This document shows positions 48,501 to 63,500 of a stretch of 64,000 bases of DNA, in pieces. Below the pieces are notes generated by a model. It had not been told where the DNA came from, searched no databases, and was given only the letters and a program-made list of their open reading frames with translations. The position numbers were made by a program, and so were the translations under genes. Source of the stretch: Eledone cirrhosa (taxonomy: Eukaryota); assembly GCA_964016885.1 (NCBI GenBank), contig OZ024753.1:37758001-37822000 (forward strand), written 5' to 3'. Numbering within the stretch: the first letter of the stretch is position 1; every line of letters begins with the position of its first letter.

Positions 48501-51500
48501 TTTTTCAAATTTTTGGTTGTCAAAATTAGGGTGTACCTTCGAGGATGAAGCGTCTTTGGCACCTGGGAAATGTGGTATATATATAATATAAGGAAAAGTT
48601 TATTTATTATATATAAATAATATAAATAAACGTTTATTTATTTTCCAGAAGAAGCTATAGTGATCCATTGAGTGTTTCAGTTACATCATCCTTCTCTGCC
48701 GACAGTTTGGAAGATGAAGAATCCTCTGAGAAGCAGAAACCTCTCCAGGGTTCACAATTGACCATGTTTGATACAAAAACTAGTGTTTTATCAGAAACGC
48801 GTTCATCTTTATATAACCAGACCCAGTCTAAAAGGCGGCAGGAACCCAGCAAAGAAAGCCTAATTTCTGAGGTGAAACAAAATGTAAAACAACATCTAAA
48901 GAAGGATGTGGTGGACATCATCCAGGTAGAAATCCAAAAGTTGATTGATGTAAGCAAGTTGTTCTCTTTTATTTTCATTCTCTCATCTCCATCTTTTCTT
49001 TATTCTGCACTTATCATCATCATCATCACCACCACCACCACCAATACTACTACCATCACTAACACCACCACCAGTACTATTACCATCATTACCACCACCA
49101 CCAATACTACTACCATCACCACCTCCACCAATACTACTACCATATTTTTAATGTCTTGTATCATATTTTTAATATCTTTTATCATATCTTTAATGTATTG
49201 TATCATATTTTTAATATCTTATATTTTCTTTTGCTTCCTAGGTTCAGAACGACCAATTCAAGTTTATTATAGATGCATTATCACCTCGTAAAAATATGGA
49301 GAATAAAAGATATAAGAAGAGGCATCATGTTAACAGGACTTCATCAGATTTTAGTTTTAGTACAGATTCAGACTCAGAGAATCAGAGACCCACTGTAGTA
49401 GTATCCTCTAAAAAGACACAAGCTAATATTACTGAAGGGTCATATTCTACGTCACCTGTCGCTCAAAGAAACGTAAAACACACTAAAAGTTCATTTGGAA
49501 ATATTAGAGAAGTCTTAAAGGAATTGGAAAACCTTCAAGAAGTGTCTCATGCTGCCAAAGACAGGTCTTCGACTTTTATTTCAAGACCTTCCAATAACGA
49601 GAAACTAAATTATCAAAGAATGGATCCCCCAGAAAATTACCAGCCCCAGCCTCAACCCCAGTACCAACAACAACAACAACAACATATGGTTAATGATGGC
49701 AGTAAAGTAATTGACGTAACAAATCGCAGGGTCACCGATGAAGGTTTACATCAGAAGTACCGTTTATTTAATCTCAATAGTGTCTCAGAACATAATCGTC
49801 GACCCATATTGTCATTGCCAGAAATACAATCAGCACCTGAGCCTTCAGTTAGTAGTGCCCACGTAGTAGTGTCTCAAACACCAGCCCCCACAGAGAAGAG
49901 CCCTGTTAGAATGCCTTTGCTTTGTCTTACAAAGAAACAACCCAGTATCTTTAAAATTCCCGAATCTTATGTATGTGTTCCTAGAGTTATGCAAGAAGTT
50001 GTAGAAACTAACAAAATTCCATCACAGAAATATGCCCCACCTTGTCACAACTCTTTAAGTGACCACAACACCCACAACACAGCAAATGCTAATAAAAATA
50101 CAGTAAAATTTCCTAAACAAACTTTTAAAATGTTGATTGATTCTTCTGTTTCGGAACAATCAGAGGAACCTCCACAGATGCCACTTTTAAAAATTCCAAA
50201 AGACAAACCAGAGTTGCTTGGCCCTCAGATGTCTTATCAGCTTATACCATCTGAATTAATTGCTGATTTTAAGCAAAAACTTCTGGACAAAAACGATAAG
50301 AAAAAGAAAAACTTTATAAAATTTCAACAGAGTGAACTGCAGAAACTGAAGGAAGAGAATGAAAAAACAACTTCAGATCCACCCCAATTTCATTATCTTG
50401 AGGCGAAACAAGGGACTTCTAAAGAAGATGAACAACCCACACAGTCAAAAGTTGATACAAGTTCTCATGTCAGCAATGTTAAAAGGTAAGTCCTGGTTTG
50501 TTGTTTTAATCAAATAAGAGAGTGTGTAATGACAATGGGTGGTAGGCTTAATCCTTTAGCATTTAAACTGGCCGTATACAGCAAGAATTCTCTAACCTCT
50601 TTCTGTTCCAAATGTTACGGTGTTGTTCTCAAAATGAATAATATCAACATCTCATAGAGTCGATATTATGTGAAAGTACAATAGTATATATAGAGTAATG
50701 TAAATGCTAAAGAGTTAACCCAGTGATCTGGAAACCTCTGGAAACTATGTAATATGTATTGAGGTTATGTTGACTATGTAATATATATTGAGGTTATATG
50801 TAATATGTATTGAGATTATATTGAATATGTATTGAGGTTATGTTAAATATGTATATCTTTTATTTTTTTAACAGAAGCAACCGGAGAAAGAAAAAAGAGG
50901 AAGAAGAAATGAAAATTATGGAGAAAACACTGACAAAAGCTGAGGTAAAATAAGATTTTGTGTGAAGATTACTGGGGCACAGCCATTTTAAAAAAGTGTG
51001 TCGTATGGCGTCAGTGATCCTGGGATTCATAATAGCTAGATAAAGTAACCACATGACTAAGCTCACAGATTGTGGCATATAGTTACGTCCCTTTACATTC
51101 TAAGTTCAAATCCTACTGAGGTTAACTTTGTCTTTCATCCTTACAGGGTCGATAAAATAAAGTACCAGTAATGCACTGGTGTCAATTTAATTGACTTCCC
51201 CCTTCTTCCCCCAAAATTGCTGGCCTTGTGCCTAAATCAGAAACCATTATAATGATTACTATTATTTTTATTATTATTGTAGGTTAAAGTTCCAGTTGAA
51301 TCTTCACCATTGCTAAACAAAGCAGAAGAGAACCAACCAGATACCAATAATGGCCAACCTGACCAGATTCATAAAGACTTTATCATCAACCCAGGTAAGG
51401 ACGGACATTCTGTAAAAATGGCAGCAGAATCTTCATCTTTACATGGTCTTTTCAAAGTTAAAACAAAATAGCCCTGGACATAGCAGTGCCTTTTTGTTTG

Positions 51501-54500
51501 TTGTTGTTTATTTTCATCATTCATCTTTATTATTTCTCTGTTTATGTTATTTATTTTGCTATTAAATTATTCTAAAATTCTTTTTTATTTTCATTAAACA
51601 GGTTCTTTTGATAATTTTCTAAAACTGGGAGCTAAATTAGGGGTTCCTACAAACAACTATGCCAAAATTCAGCATGATGTTGCTACAAGACTCCAAAAAT
51701 TAAGACTTGAATCTAACAAGGTAAATACTCATTTATAGGAAATTTTACATTCATTTCCAACTATTTTTCTATGTTAATCCCTTTAATACCAAACTGCTTG
51801 AAACTGTTCTTGACTCTATTGGCTCTGTGATAGAAACTTAATATTCATCCACAAGCTTCCATCATAATTTTATGTCAGAACCTTTGTTAAGTTATGTTCC
51901 AAACACCAACATAATAATGAGAAAGTTAGTCATATTACTAGATCCCTATAAATCCTTGATAGCTTTCAAAATGATTTGAAAATCATAAGCAATGATATCC
52001 TCCTCATCATCATCATCATCCACATCATCACCACCACTGTTACCATCATCATCATCACATCCACTGTTACCATCATCATCATCACATCCACTTATCCATG
52101 CTAGCATAAGTTGGACAGGATGTTTGGAGACCATGTTTTACAACCAGATGCCCTTCCCGACATCAATCCTTTTAGTCACCCCTTGCAACCCGCAGCATAT
52201 TTCATTAGGAATATAGTAACGAAACAAAAGGTTTAAACCATCACTAAAATAGGTAGATACTAGAAAAAATACTGTGCTTGCCAATGAAAATCCTCGACGT
52301 TGGTGCCCCAGCATGGCCACAGGTGAAGGACTGAAAACTAGTAAAAGAAATAGAAGAGAAAAGATAGCAAGATTTGTCTCTCTGTGATGGTTTCCTGTAA
52401 TACTTTGTTTGGTACTTTTTCAGATTAATACAAGTGAAATCAGGAAACAAACATCTGATGCGAGTGTTGTCACTGATCCTGAAGAAGTGAAACTGACAGT
52501 TGATGTTGCTACTTCCATTACTAAGGACACTGGTTCAGACCCTGTCGTTGAGTTAGACATTGCTTACAATGAAGCTCATATCAAAGGTCTTCATGAAGGT
52601 CATCAAGGTCACAGAGTTCATGGAGGTCATCAAGGTCACCGAGGTCATCCTGAAATTCAGCAAGGAAATATTCTAACACCTGATATATACTTTAATCTAC
52701 ATGGCACTGACTTCTTGTTAAAGGACCAACAGGAAAGAGAAGCTAAGCCACCAACTCTAAGAAAGGTATGATCCCTTCCATCATCAACATCATTTTTACG
52801 TCTGTTTTTCCACATTTGTATGGGTTGGAAGGGTCTTTTTCAGCACAGCATCTCTCCACTTGCTGTTTCTTCGTCATCATCTCTGTGAGTTTCCATCCCA
52901 TCATGGACCAGGCACCAATTAATTGCTAGGGTTAACTCCCAGCCAGTGCTGGTATTCATTATTTTCAGTTGGGTTGACAGGAGCAATGTGAAATGAAGCA
53001 TCTTGCTCAAGAGCATAATGTAATGTACTACATGGTCATGGTCCAGTAATTGAACCTACGATCTTATGATGATGTAGAGTCCAGCATCCTAACTAACCAC
53101 TCAGCCATGCTACTCTAACAATAGTTTATAGGTCTCACTGTTATCATTTGTTACTTTATAATTTCAGCAAGAAGAATCTGGTCATACATTCCTGAATGTC
53201 ATTGATGTGTCTTCATCTTCTGTAATGGCCGGTATTTCTGAAGAAAGACCTGTGATTTCTCAGCCTTTAATCAATACAAACTTAACTCCGTCAGATATTT
53301 ATAAATCATATAATATTGATACTGAAGCACTCCTTTCTGGTAAGGGAACAGATAATTGTTTTCAAATTAGTATTTTTAAATTTCTTAACCCTTAAGCATT
53401 TACATTACTCTATCTTTACTATTGTATTTTTGTGGTAAAGGCTTTATTTTACATAATTATCTCACATAATATTGAATCTGCAAGATTTTGATGCTATTTA
53501 TTTTGAGAACAATACTTTAATGTCAGTATGAGCAGCCAGTTACAGCCAGTTTGAACAGAAAGAGGTGAGAAATTTCTGGCCGGATGTGGCCTGTTTAAAT
53601 GCTAAAGGGTTAAGCTATAATACTGTTGGCACCATATTTAGTAGGTCCTTTTAGTCAGCCCGAAATACATGTGTATTCAGCACCTTTTGACTTTGTAATA
53701 ATAAATATTTATGCTAGAACACAGCAGATATCTCATACTAATGCCTTACATTGTGTGGACTAACTTCCTAGATCGACCAGGGTCCATATTTCACTCACAT
53801 TCATCTTCGTTTAGGCATGGGTTCTACTGTTGGATGTCCTTCCTAATACCAACCACTTTACATGTATTCTTATGTTTATTTTTATCTTTTTCTTCATTTT
53901 CAAGATTTTGATTATAAAAGTGAGTTTTTACGTGTACCATACCAAGCAGACAACACAGAATTGGTTGAAAGAATTGGTAAAACACTGATTCCAAGCAGCA
54001 GTAATCAACCTAAAATATCTGAGCCAAGAGTTCTGTCACCAATTGATGAACACCCAGTACGGTTGTCTGAAACACTATACCAGGTACCATCGCAGCTTGT
54101 TAATATAAACTCCACAGACACTGTAGAAAACAAACATGTGACACCACCAGCACTGCCAACACCAGCAGCAGCACAACCACCAACAGCAGCAGCACCACCA
54201 CCACGACCAGCAGCACCAACACCAACACCACCATCACCACCACCACTTCCATCAGTACAATCGCCACCACCAGTGTTACCATCAGTACAACCACCACCAG
54301 AATGTAATGTTATTGTTTCTTCTATAGAAGAGTTAGCTTCCCAGGTAATTTCTATACAAAATTTCCCAGACATACCACTGGAACCACATGACCACCACTA
54401 CAGACAGGACTCTCTTCATGAAGATATCAGTCACCAGAGGTAAATAAATATGAGATTTTTTTAAAACCCTTTCCATACCAAATTGTCTAAAACCTTTCCA

Positions 54501-57500
54501 GGTTCTATGATACAAGCTTGTTTATCATCATCATTGTCATTTTACGTCCCTTTTCTATGTTTTTTTATAGTGGAGGCACACAGCCTAGTAGTAAGGGTGT
54601 TGGACTTGCGATCATAATGTCTTAAGTTCGATTCCTGAACAGGGTTGTGTGCTCTATTCATAACTTATATCACAAACTAAAACAATGTTTGTTATTCTAC
54701 AAATGATTCCATTTTATTTTAACAGACCTAAAAACTCAGTTGATCTTTCAAAAAATCCAAGAAATATGTCACAAGAATTCTTGAAGACAAACCTCACAAA
54801 AATGAATCACCAAATCGCTCTGCTAGATAAACTTGCAGTAAAAATGGAAGAGGAAAGTAAACAAACCAAGCTGGTGAGAAAATATACATTATATATATAT
54901 ATAAACTCTAGCCTATTTCCATGCCAGTACATGTGGAGTGAGTGTCACTGATAAAAGATTAACGAATCTCGAAACTGCACTGTCTGACATTCTGAAAAAC
55001 ATACTGGCAACTCTGTGATATATTCGGAGAGGAAAACTGAGACAAATATAAATATTTTGTTATGAAAATTTTTTTTTTTTTGATAGCTAGGCTACCCATG
55101 TTTATTATAAATATACATATTATATATGTTTTCATATACACCTCTATCTTAAATGCAGTCTTAGTGTTACTGCCAATTATATATATATGTATGTAATGAA
55201 GTGTTCATGATTAAAAGATCAGGAAGACCACAGATTAGGGTAATACTCAATGCATGTTTCGGCACAGCAAGCAAACTGTTCCATATTTGGCATGGTTTCT
55301 ATGGCTGGGTGCTCTACTTAATGCCAACCACCTTACAGGGTGTACTGGGTGCATTTTTTGTAACACCAGCACTACTACTTTACAGAGTGCTGGGTGAGTT
55401 TGTCACGGCACCAATACTAACACTTTACAGGGTGTACTGGGTGCTTGTTATCATAACAGCAGCCCTAGAGAAGTTGTTACATGCTCATTCAGACTGATGT
55501 GGTGTATAAATATTTTTTATTTTCTATTTTCAGTTCAATGATGAAATTAATTCCTTGATTTCTCAGAGACACCAACATATAGACAATCTATTGTTGGAGG
55601 ATGATATCAAGCAGATACCACAACAGTCTTCATCAACAAACATTTCAGTTGAAAACCGTTTAAGGAGTCTTTTATCTCAAAATACTGCCCCTGTGTCTGT
55701 CCTTGCAGACCATACTGGTCATCACAATAAACATTTGCCCACCACCAAAGACTATATAGACTCCACTGGTCACCAGTCCAAACTTCAGGCAGCAGCTATC
55801 AAAGACCATTATGACCCCACCAGTCAATACACAAAACTTCGGGCAGCTACAAAAGACCATATAGTTGACCATACCAGCCATCACAGCAAATGTTTGCCAA
55901 CTACTAAAGTCTATGAACAATATATAACTTCTCTGAGACAACTATCACAACCACAGCAACAACAACAACAACACAATCACATTGATGACAGATACGGAGA
56001 ATCAGTTGAAGAACCAGTATGTGATTGTTTTTTTTCTAAGTTATATTTATTCTCACTTTACTTCATCTCACAGCACAAGAACCTACATTTTGAGACAACA
56101 AAGGAGTCTCTATGTAGTCACTCGACTTGCTCTCTGTGTTCTGAGTTCAAATCCCAGAGTAGAGGTGATAAATAAAATATTAGTCTATGGCGAGGGAGAG
56201 ACAGATTTGTTAAAGCGAGCCTCGGACATACCTTGTGGTACTTCTTTCAGTCGTTTACATTCTGAGGTCACCTGTAACAACACTCTTGCCAGGTTTTATT
56301 GGCCTCTGCCTTTCCCTTGGACAACATTGGTGTCAAAGGAGAAGAAACTTGTATACTCAAGTGGCTATTGTCTTCCACAAAAAGCCACATGTAAGCCTTC
56401 ATCTTGGAAAAGAACTTTCCTAGTGAAGATTCCTGGCTTCACAAGACATTCAGAGAGCTTTGTATTAGGTTATTGAATTACTAACCCAGTGACTGTACCA
56501 CATCAATCCCCATCATCATCATCACCGTTTTATGTTCGTTCTTCCATGCTAGCATGGGTTAGACAGCATATGTATGTGTGCATATTATTTATTCTTTATC
56601 ATTAACATTAATATAAAAAATAATCATGTACAATTATTTAACAATTTTTCACCCAAATTGTTTTAGAGAAGGGCCCCAAATTTCATATAGCTTAGGGTCT
56701 CAACATGTGAAAGTCCAGCCTTGTCAATAAACCTGTTTTTTGTTTTTTTTCTAGGTAGAGCAACTTCAGCAGCTCCCTTCTTCAAGCCGTGACTCTCCTG
56801 TTCAGGACATTATTTCAAATGTTGATGATAGTCAGATGAAGCCTAAATCAAATATGGATCAAGAACAATGGTTTGTTTTTATTTCTCTATCTATCTATCC
56901 ATCTACCTGTCTATCTATCTATGTCGAACAGCTACTGTCATGTGTGGGACACATCCAGTTGTCAGCCGAGTCCATCATGAAGATAACCCTGCCGCCTTCA
57001 TTTAAGAATGAAGGAGAGTCAGTTTTCCTCTGTCTGGTGGCTATGGGGGACAAGGTTAAAAGGACTGAGGGCAAACACCTTTCTCTCCGGACAACAACTC
57101 ATCCCCTTTAAGTACCACTTCAGAAGGAAGGTGAGAGTGGAGTGAGAGGTGCTGCACCCCAGTAAATTTGCTGAAAGGTGGGTGAATGTGGAGAAAATGG
57201 CATGAGTGAATGGACCTTCTCTGTATATAAACCTGTAGGTTGAGGAAGACAAACAGAGGGAAGACAGGAACACCTACAAAACGTGTTCCTGGTGTTGAGG
57301 GTTGTTCTATCTACAGAGTGTAAAACAACCCTGCAGTAACGTTCCCCCCTACTGGGGATTTCGATTGTTTTATTTTATATATAGTTTATTGTTAAAGATT
57401 TTATGTAAAACCCCTGCTGTCACGTCTTGTAATGTTCAATTTTTGTACGCCCCTGTGGCAAATAAAGAAATCTATCTATCTATCTATCTATCTATCTACT

Positions 57501-60500
57501 GAAAAGCACTGCACATGATTTTAAAATCATTTTTAAAATAATCAAGAATTTGGAGGGATTTAGTAATATAACTAACTTTCTTAGAATGTCGGACGCCCTG
57601 CTTTGCGGCATAGTTACAACATTTTATCTTCTGATTTCAAACGCTGTTGAGGTTAGCTCTGCCTTTCATCCTTATGGGGTTAGATAAAATAAAGTACCAG
57701 GAACACACTTTCCCCTCCCTCAAAATCGTTGGCCTTGTGCTTAAATCAGAAACCATTATTAAGCTGATGAATATAACTTAACAAAGGTTCTTACATTAAA
57801 TTACAATGGAAGAGTTTTAATAAACAGACTTTGTGTTGTAGAAATAGAGGCAGTTTGGTATCAAATGGCTTAAGTGTAGATTCAACCAAGCTGAAGTTCA
57901 TATGATTAACTAAACCCCTTCAGGATGGTGCCCCAGCATGGCCACTGTAAAATAACTGAAACCAATAAAAGAATGGCGTCAACAAGTTCTACTTAATAAG
58001 CTATCTTAAGCTTAACCTAGAAAACAACTTTTAACTATTTATTTAATTGATTCTATAATCTTTGTTATTATAAAAGGTTGTTTGTCTCACAATATTGATT
58101 TGTGCACCCGTCTGTTTTATCTGTATAGAAAAACAAAGCTATTTTCTTAACATAGTTCAAACTCAAGATTGTTTTGATTTAACTCACATGTCTTATACAA
58201 ACTAAGATGCTTTATTGAACTCAACTTTTCAAAGATTGTGAAGGTGCGTGGCGGAGTGGTTAGAGAATTGGATTCACAATTGTGAGATTGTGAGTTCGAT
58301 TCCTGGACCAAGTGATGTGTTATGTCCTTGTGCAAGATACTTTATTTCACACACATACACACACACATATATATATATAGGAAAAAGTATGACCCCACTC
58401 TACTACCCTAAGTATTGAGTACTCTGGTGCGTTATGGTCCATTTGGTTCCTTACCACAATTCCTTTGGTATATATATATATATATGACCTCTCCATTAAG
58501 TGCAAAAATGGAGGCATTGAGACCTTGGAGAGGAAATTTCTCAATGCAAACCCATAGTCAGCTATGACCAAAGGGGACATCCCCACCATTATTTGTAAAA
58601 ACTTTCTTCAAAAGCTTAATTCTGTATTTGCAACATTGTAAATGTTTACACAAGCAAAAGTTCTATTTAAAAATTGTTGTTTATTATGACAGGATAAAAG
58701 ACATGTCTATACTGAGTAGTGTCAGTGACATCATAATAGATCTGTTTCAACAAGGACATATCAACTTGAGTGATGTTGGAGATGGAGACGGTTTCGATAT
58801 TCAAAACGACCAAGAAGAATTTAGGTAAATAGTTTTAAAACTACTTTTTTTTTTTTAAATATAGTATTTCTTCCCCATCTTCATCATCATCATTTAACAT
58901 CCATTAGCCCTGCTAGCAAGGGTTGGACAGGTCATCATAGACTAAGTCAGTATATATTACAGTGAAATTGCATATATTATAGTATTAAAATATATTTATA
59001 TTAAGAGAGTATTGAAGTTTGCTTGAAGCATAATAATAAGGTAAATTTCTTTAAGTCGTTTGGAAGCCTCGACAATGCAAATGGGTAAATCTCCGGGTAA
59101 CAAGATCCGGTGGTGGAGAGAGAGATGTAAGTGGGTGTACGTTGAGATGCATGGCGTGTATAAGACGTGTAGAGGAAAGAAGGAAAGAGCATAAAGGATA
59201 AAAATAACAACACGAGAGTCCCCCAAAGAAATTAAGGCCGGGTCATAAGAAGGACAGAGAATGATAAAGGATTTGGGTCAGAAAGGCAGAAAGTTGGTGC
59301 CAACTTTGGCAAGATATTACAAAAACATCTAAACGATGATGATGACACAAACACATATATATATACAAACACACATATATATATATACATACAGACACAC
59401 ATATATATACACACACCCACACATATATATATAAGAGAAAATAATCACACACGCAATACTAATTAACACCATATCACTATAGAGACCTGTTGTAAATAAA
59501 CAAACTGTATCGTAATTTTCAGTGTAAAAAAAAAAAAAACCACATTCACTTGTCATAAAAATTAGTTTCACTTTCCCAATGCCTTATGAAGGTATACATT
59601 TTATTTATAATGTCGTTGATAAACACACGTATAACAATTAACTATTGCTAGGAACCTCACAAATACAACACACCAAAATATATGACCAGAGCGAGAGAAA
59701 GAAAAATAAAGTGGGGAGCAAAAACAACCATCTGGAGTGTGGTGTGGTGTGATATTATGTTAGTCATGGCCTGGGCTGAACCTACCAACGTTGTAACTCA
59801 ACATAGGCATGCGGTCGTTAAGATGAAATACCAGTAGATCTCAGTGTTTGACTGGTACATTATTTTAGCGGCCTCGGGGCGGTGGATTGGCAGTATCGGT
59901 AGAGGGTCGGACGCCATGCTTTGCAGCATAGTTACGCCCCTTGCCGTTCTGAGTTCAAATCCCGCCGAGGTTAACTTTACCTTTCATCCTTACGGGGTCG
60001 ATAAAATAAAGTACCAGTAATGCACTAGGTAATTGCTGGCCTTGTGCCTAAAGTAGAAACAATTATTTTAGCGGCCTCGGAAGGATGAAAGTCTCAAAGT
60101 TGACCTCAAATCCCGCTGCTGTCAACTTTGCCTTTCATCTTTCCGGGGGTCAATAAAATAAGGTACCAGATATGATTGACTTTGCACTTCGTTAAAATTG
60201 CTGGCCTTGTGTTTAAATTAGAAATCATTTGTAGCAAATTCAAGAAACATTGTCTGAATATCGTGAATATTACAGAAATTGCACGAAGGTTCTGACTTTA
60301 GTGTGTGTAACTTAGTTCTTAGAAAACGTATTAAACACGCAGTTTTGACTTAAATAAAGACTTTAAAGATTCATCTCAAAACGAAATTGTCGCGCGTTTT
60401 TAAAGCTGTCATTTAAAAACAACAAAACGTGAAAAAAACCGACATAGATAAATACTGGAAATTTAAAAGAAATAAACAATAACATTTTAACGTGGATCAT

Positions 60501-63500
60501 CTCCTGTTGAAATAATATATACATATAATTTGTTTGATATTGAATGTTTTGTTGGTTTTAACGCAAGATGTAGCATTGGATGACTTTTTTATTTTAAAAT
60601 CAACCGTCGATGAAAAATACCGCTATGTAAATGTAAAGACATCGTTGTCTCTGATCGCTATGTAAAGGTATTGGTGTTGTCAAATACATTCTTGTTTATT
60701 ACCAGAAAATGATCCTAAATTAGTGAGTATTGTAAACTACCATCAATGTTAGCTTTCGAAACATAAATAAATAAATGAACTTAAGTTAGTTTCTTCGAGA
60801 AAAAATACACATCTTTTTATTTATTTAGCAACGTATATAATTTACATAAATGATGAATTGAGTCGTTGGAACGTCAGATAGAATGCTTTGCAGTATTCGT
60901 TTCAAATTCTGTCAAGGTCAACTTTGCCTTTCATCCATTCATAATCGCTAAAAAAAAAAAATACCAGTCTAGTACTGGGGTCGGTTTTTTTTTCTATCTA
61001 TCTCTTTCTCACTTCCATTCTCTCACTCTCTATATTCTTCTCTGGAAGAAATCTGCTGTATTCAGATCTGGAGAGGAGAGTGACTCCGCCATCTTTTAAA
61101 ATGCCCTATGTCAATACGGTGTTACAAAGACTTCACCAAGAATTACTGGACCATGCATACATTCATAATTTACGCACAAGGACGACTTTGTTGTTATTTA
61201 ATCCCTGATCGAACAGACGTTACAACCGTGACCATCACGTCTTATTTGTGGATATCTCAGATTTCATTATCAAATGTGTCATTTTCAGAGGTGTTGAAGT
61301 CCTGCATCTAACATACGTTCCTGCACTCTACCAAATGCTCTGACGGCCCTGTGGCCTGCAACTCCCTGACAGATTCAACAAGAGAACCTCCTAGCTTCTT
61401 TACAGCTTCCCTTGCTTGTTTTTTCTTTATCTTTTTGGTTTCTCAACTGTAAGAAGTACTAGATACTTCCCCTAGTCTGTCATGGCTTACTAGCTCTATA
61501 CGGACGTTTAAATTGATTAAATGAGTAAATATGTTCCCATGCTCTACTGAGTGTGTTTTATCGTGACACGAGCCCTAGCAAAGTTGTCATGTCATTGACA
61601 TAGCTGACGTGTCATCCCAACCCTTTGTATGATAAGTTTTCTATGGCTAGATGTCCTTCCTATCACCAACCACTTTACAGAGTCTACTGGGTGTGTTCAT
61701 CTTCTATATCAACAGCACTAGGAAGATAGTCGTGTATTTGACACAACTGAAAACTCGTCTGATTTTTTGGCAGTTTTTTTTTTATGGCTGGCTGCCCTTC
61801 CTATGACAATAGTTCCTAATAAATGTAGATGGTTAACATATTTGAGGAAATGTGTAGGGTACGTCAGTATATGTGTAGGGTATATGTGTAGGGTATGTCA
61901 GGATATTTGTAGGGTATGATAGGATATGTGTAGGGTATGTTAGTATATGTGTAGGGTATGTTAGTATATGTGTGGGGTATGATAGGATATGTCAGGATAT
62001 GTGTAGGGTATGTCAGGATATGTGTAGGGTATGTCAGGATATGTGTAGGGTATGTCAGTATATGTGTAGTGTATGTCAGGATATGTGTAGGGTATGATAG
62101 GATATGTGTAGGGTATGTCAGGATATGTGTAGGGTATGTCAGGATATGTGTAGGGTATGTCAGGATATGTGTAGGGTATGTCAGGATATGTGTAGGGTAT
62201 GTTAGTATATGTGTAGGGTATGTCAGGATATGTGTAGGGTATGTTAGTATATGTGTAGGGTATGTCAGGATATGTGTAGGGTATGTTAGTATATGTGTAG
62301 GGTATGTCAGGATATGTGTAGGGTATGTTAGTATATGTGTAGTGTATGTCAGGATACGTGTAGGGTATGTCAGGATATGTGTAGGGTATGTTAGTATATG
62401 TGTAGTGTATGTCAGGATATGTGTAGGGTATGTCAGGATATGTGTAGGGTATGTTAGTATATGTGTAGTGTATGTCAGGATATGTGTAGTGTATGTCAGG
62501 ATATGTGTAGGGTATGTCAGGATATGTGTAGTGTATGTCAGGATATGTGTAGGGTATGTCAGGATATGTTTAGGGTATGTTAGTATATGTGTAGTGTATG
62601 TCAGGATATGTGTAGGGTATGTCAGGATATGTTAGGATATTTGTAGGGTATGATAGGATATGTGTAGGGTATGTCAGTATATGTGTAGGGTATGTCAGGA
62701 TATGTGTGGGGTATGTCAGGATATGTGTAGTGTATGTCAGGATATGTCAGTATATGTGTAGGGTATGTCAGGATATGTGTAGGGTATGTCAGGATATGTG
62801 TAGGGTATGTCAGGATATGTGTAGGGTATGTTAGTATATGTGTGGGGTATGTCAGTATATGTGTGGGGTATGTCAGGATATGTGTAGGGTATGTCAGGAT
62901 ATGTGTAGGGTATGTCAGGATATGTTAGGATATGTGTAGGGTATGTCAGTATATGTGTAGGGTATGTCAGGATATGTTAGGATATGTGTAGGGTATGTCA
63001 GGATATGTGTAGGGTATGTCAGGATATGTGTAGGGTATGTCAGGATATGTGTAGGGTATGTTAGTATATGTGTGGGGTATGTCAGTATATGTGTGGGGTA
63101 TGTCAGGATATGTGTAGGGTATGTCAGGATATGTGTAGGGTATGATAGGATATGTGTAGGGTATGTCAGTATATGTGTAGTGTATGTCAGGATATGTGTA
63201 GGGTATGTTAGTATATGTCAGGATATGTGTAGGGTATGTTAGTATATGTGTGGGGTATGTCAGTATATGTGTAGGGTATGTCAGGATATGTGTGGGGTAT
63301 GTCAGTATATGTGTAGTGTATGTCAGGATATGTGTAGGGTATGTTAGTATATGTGTGGGGTATGTCAGTATATGTGTAGGGTATGTTAGTATATGTGTGG
63401 GGTATGTCAGTATATGTGTAGTGTATGTCAGGATATGTGTAGGGTATGTTAGTATATGTGTAGTGTATGTCAGGATATGTGTAGGGTATGTTAGTATATG

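Noticed and set aside
55982-56476. 164-aa ORF overlapping a CPLANE1 exon end
   Set aside because: Different frame, runs through intronic repeat fragments, no homology recognised.
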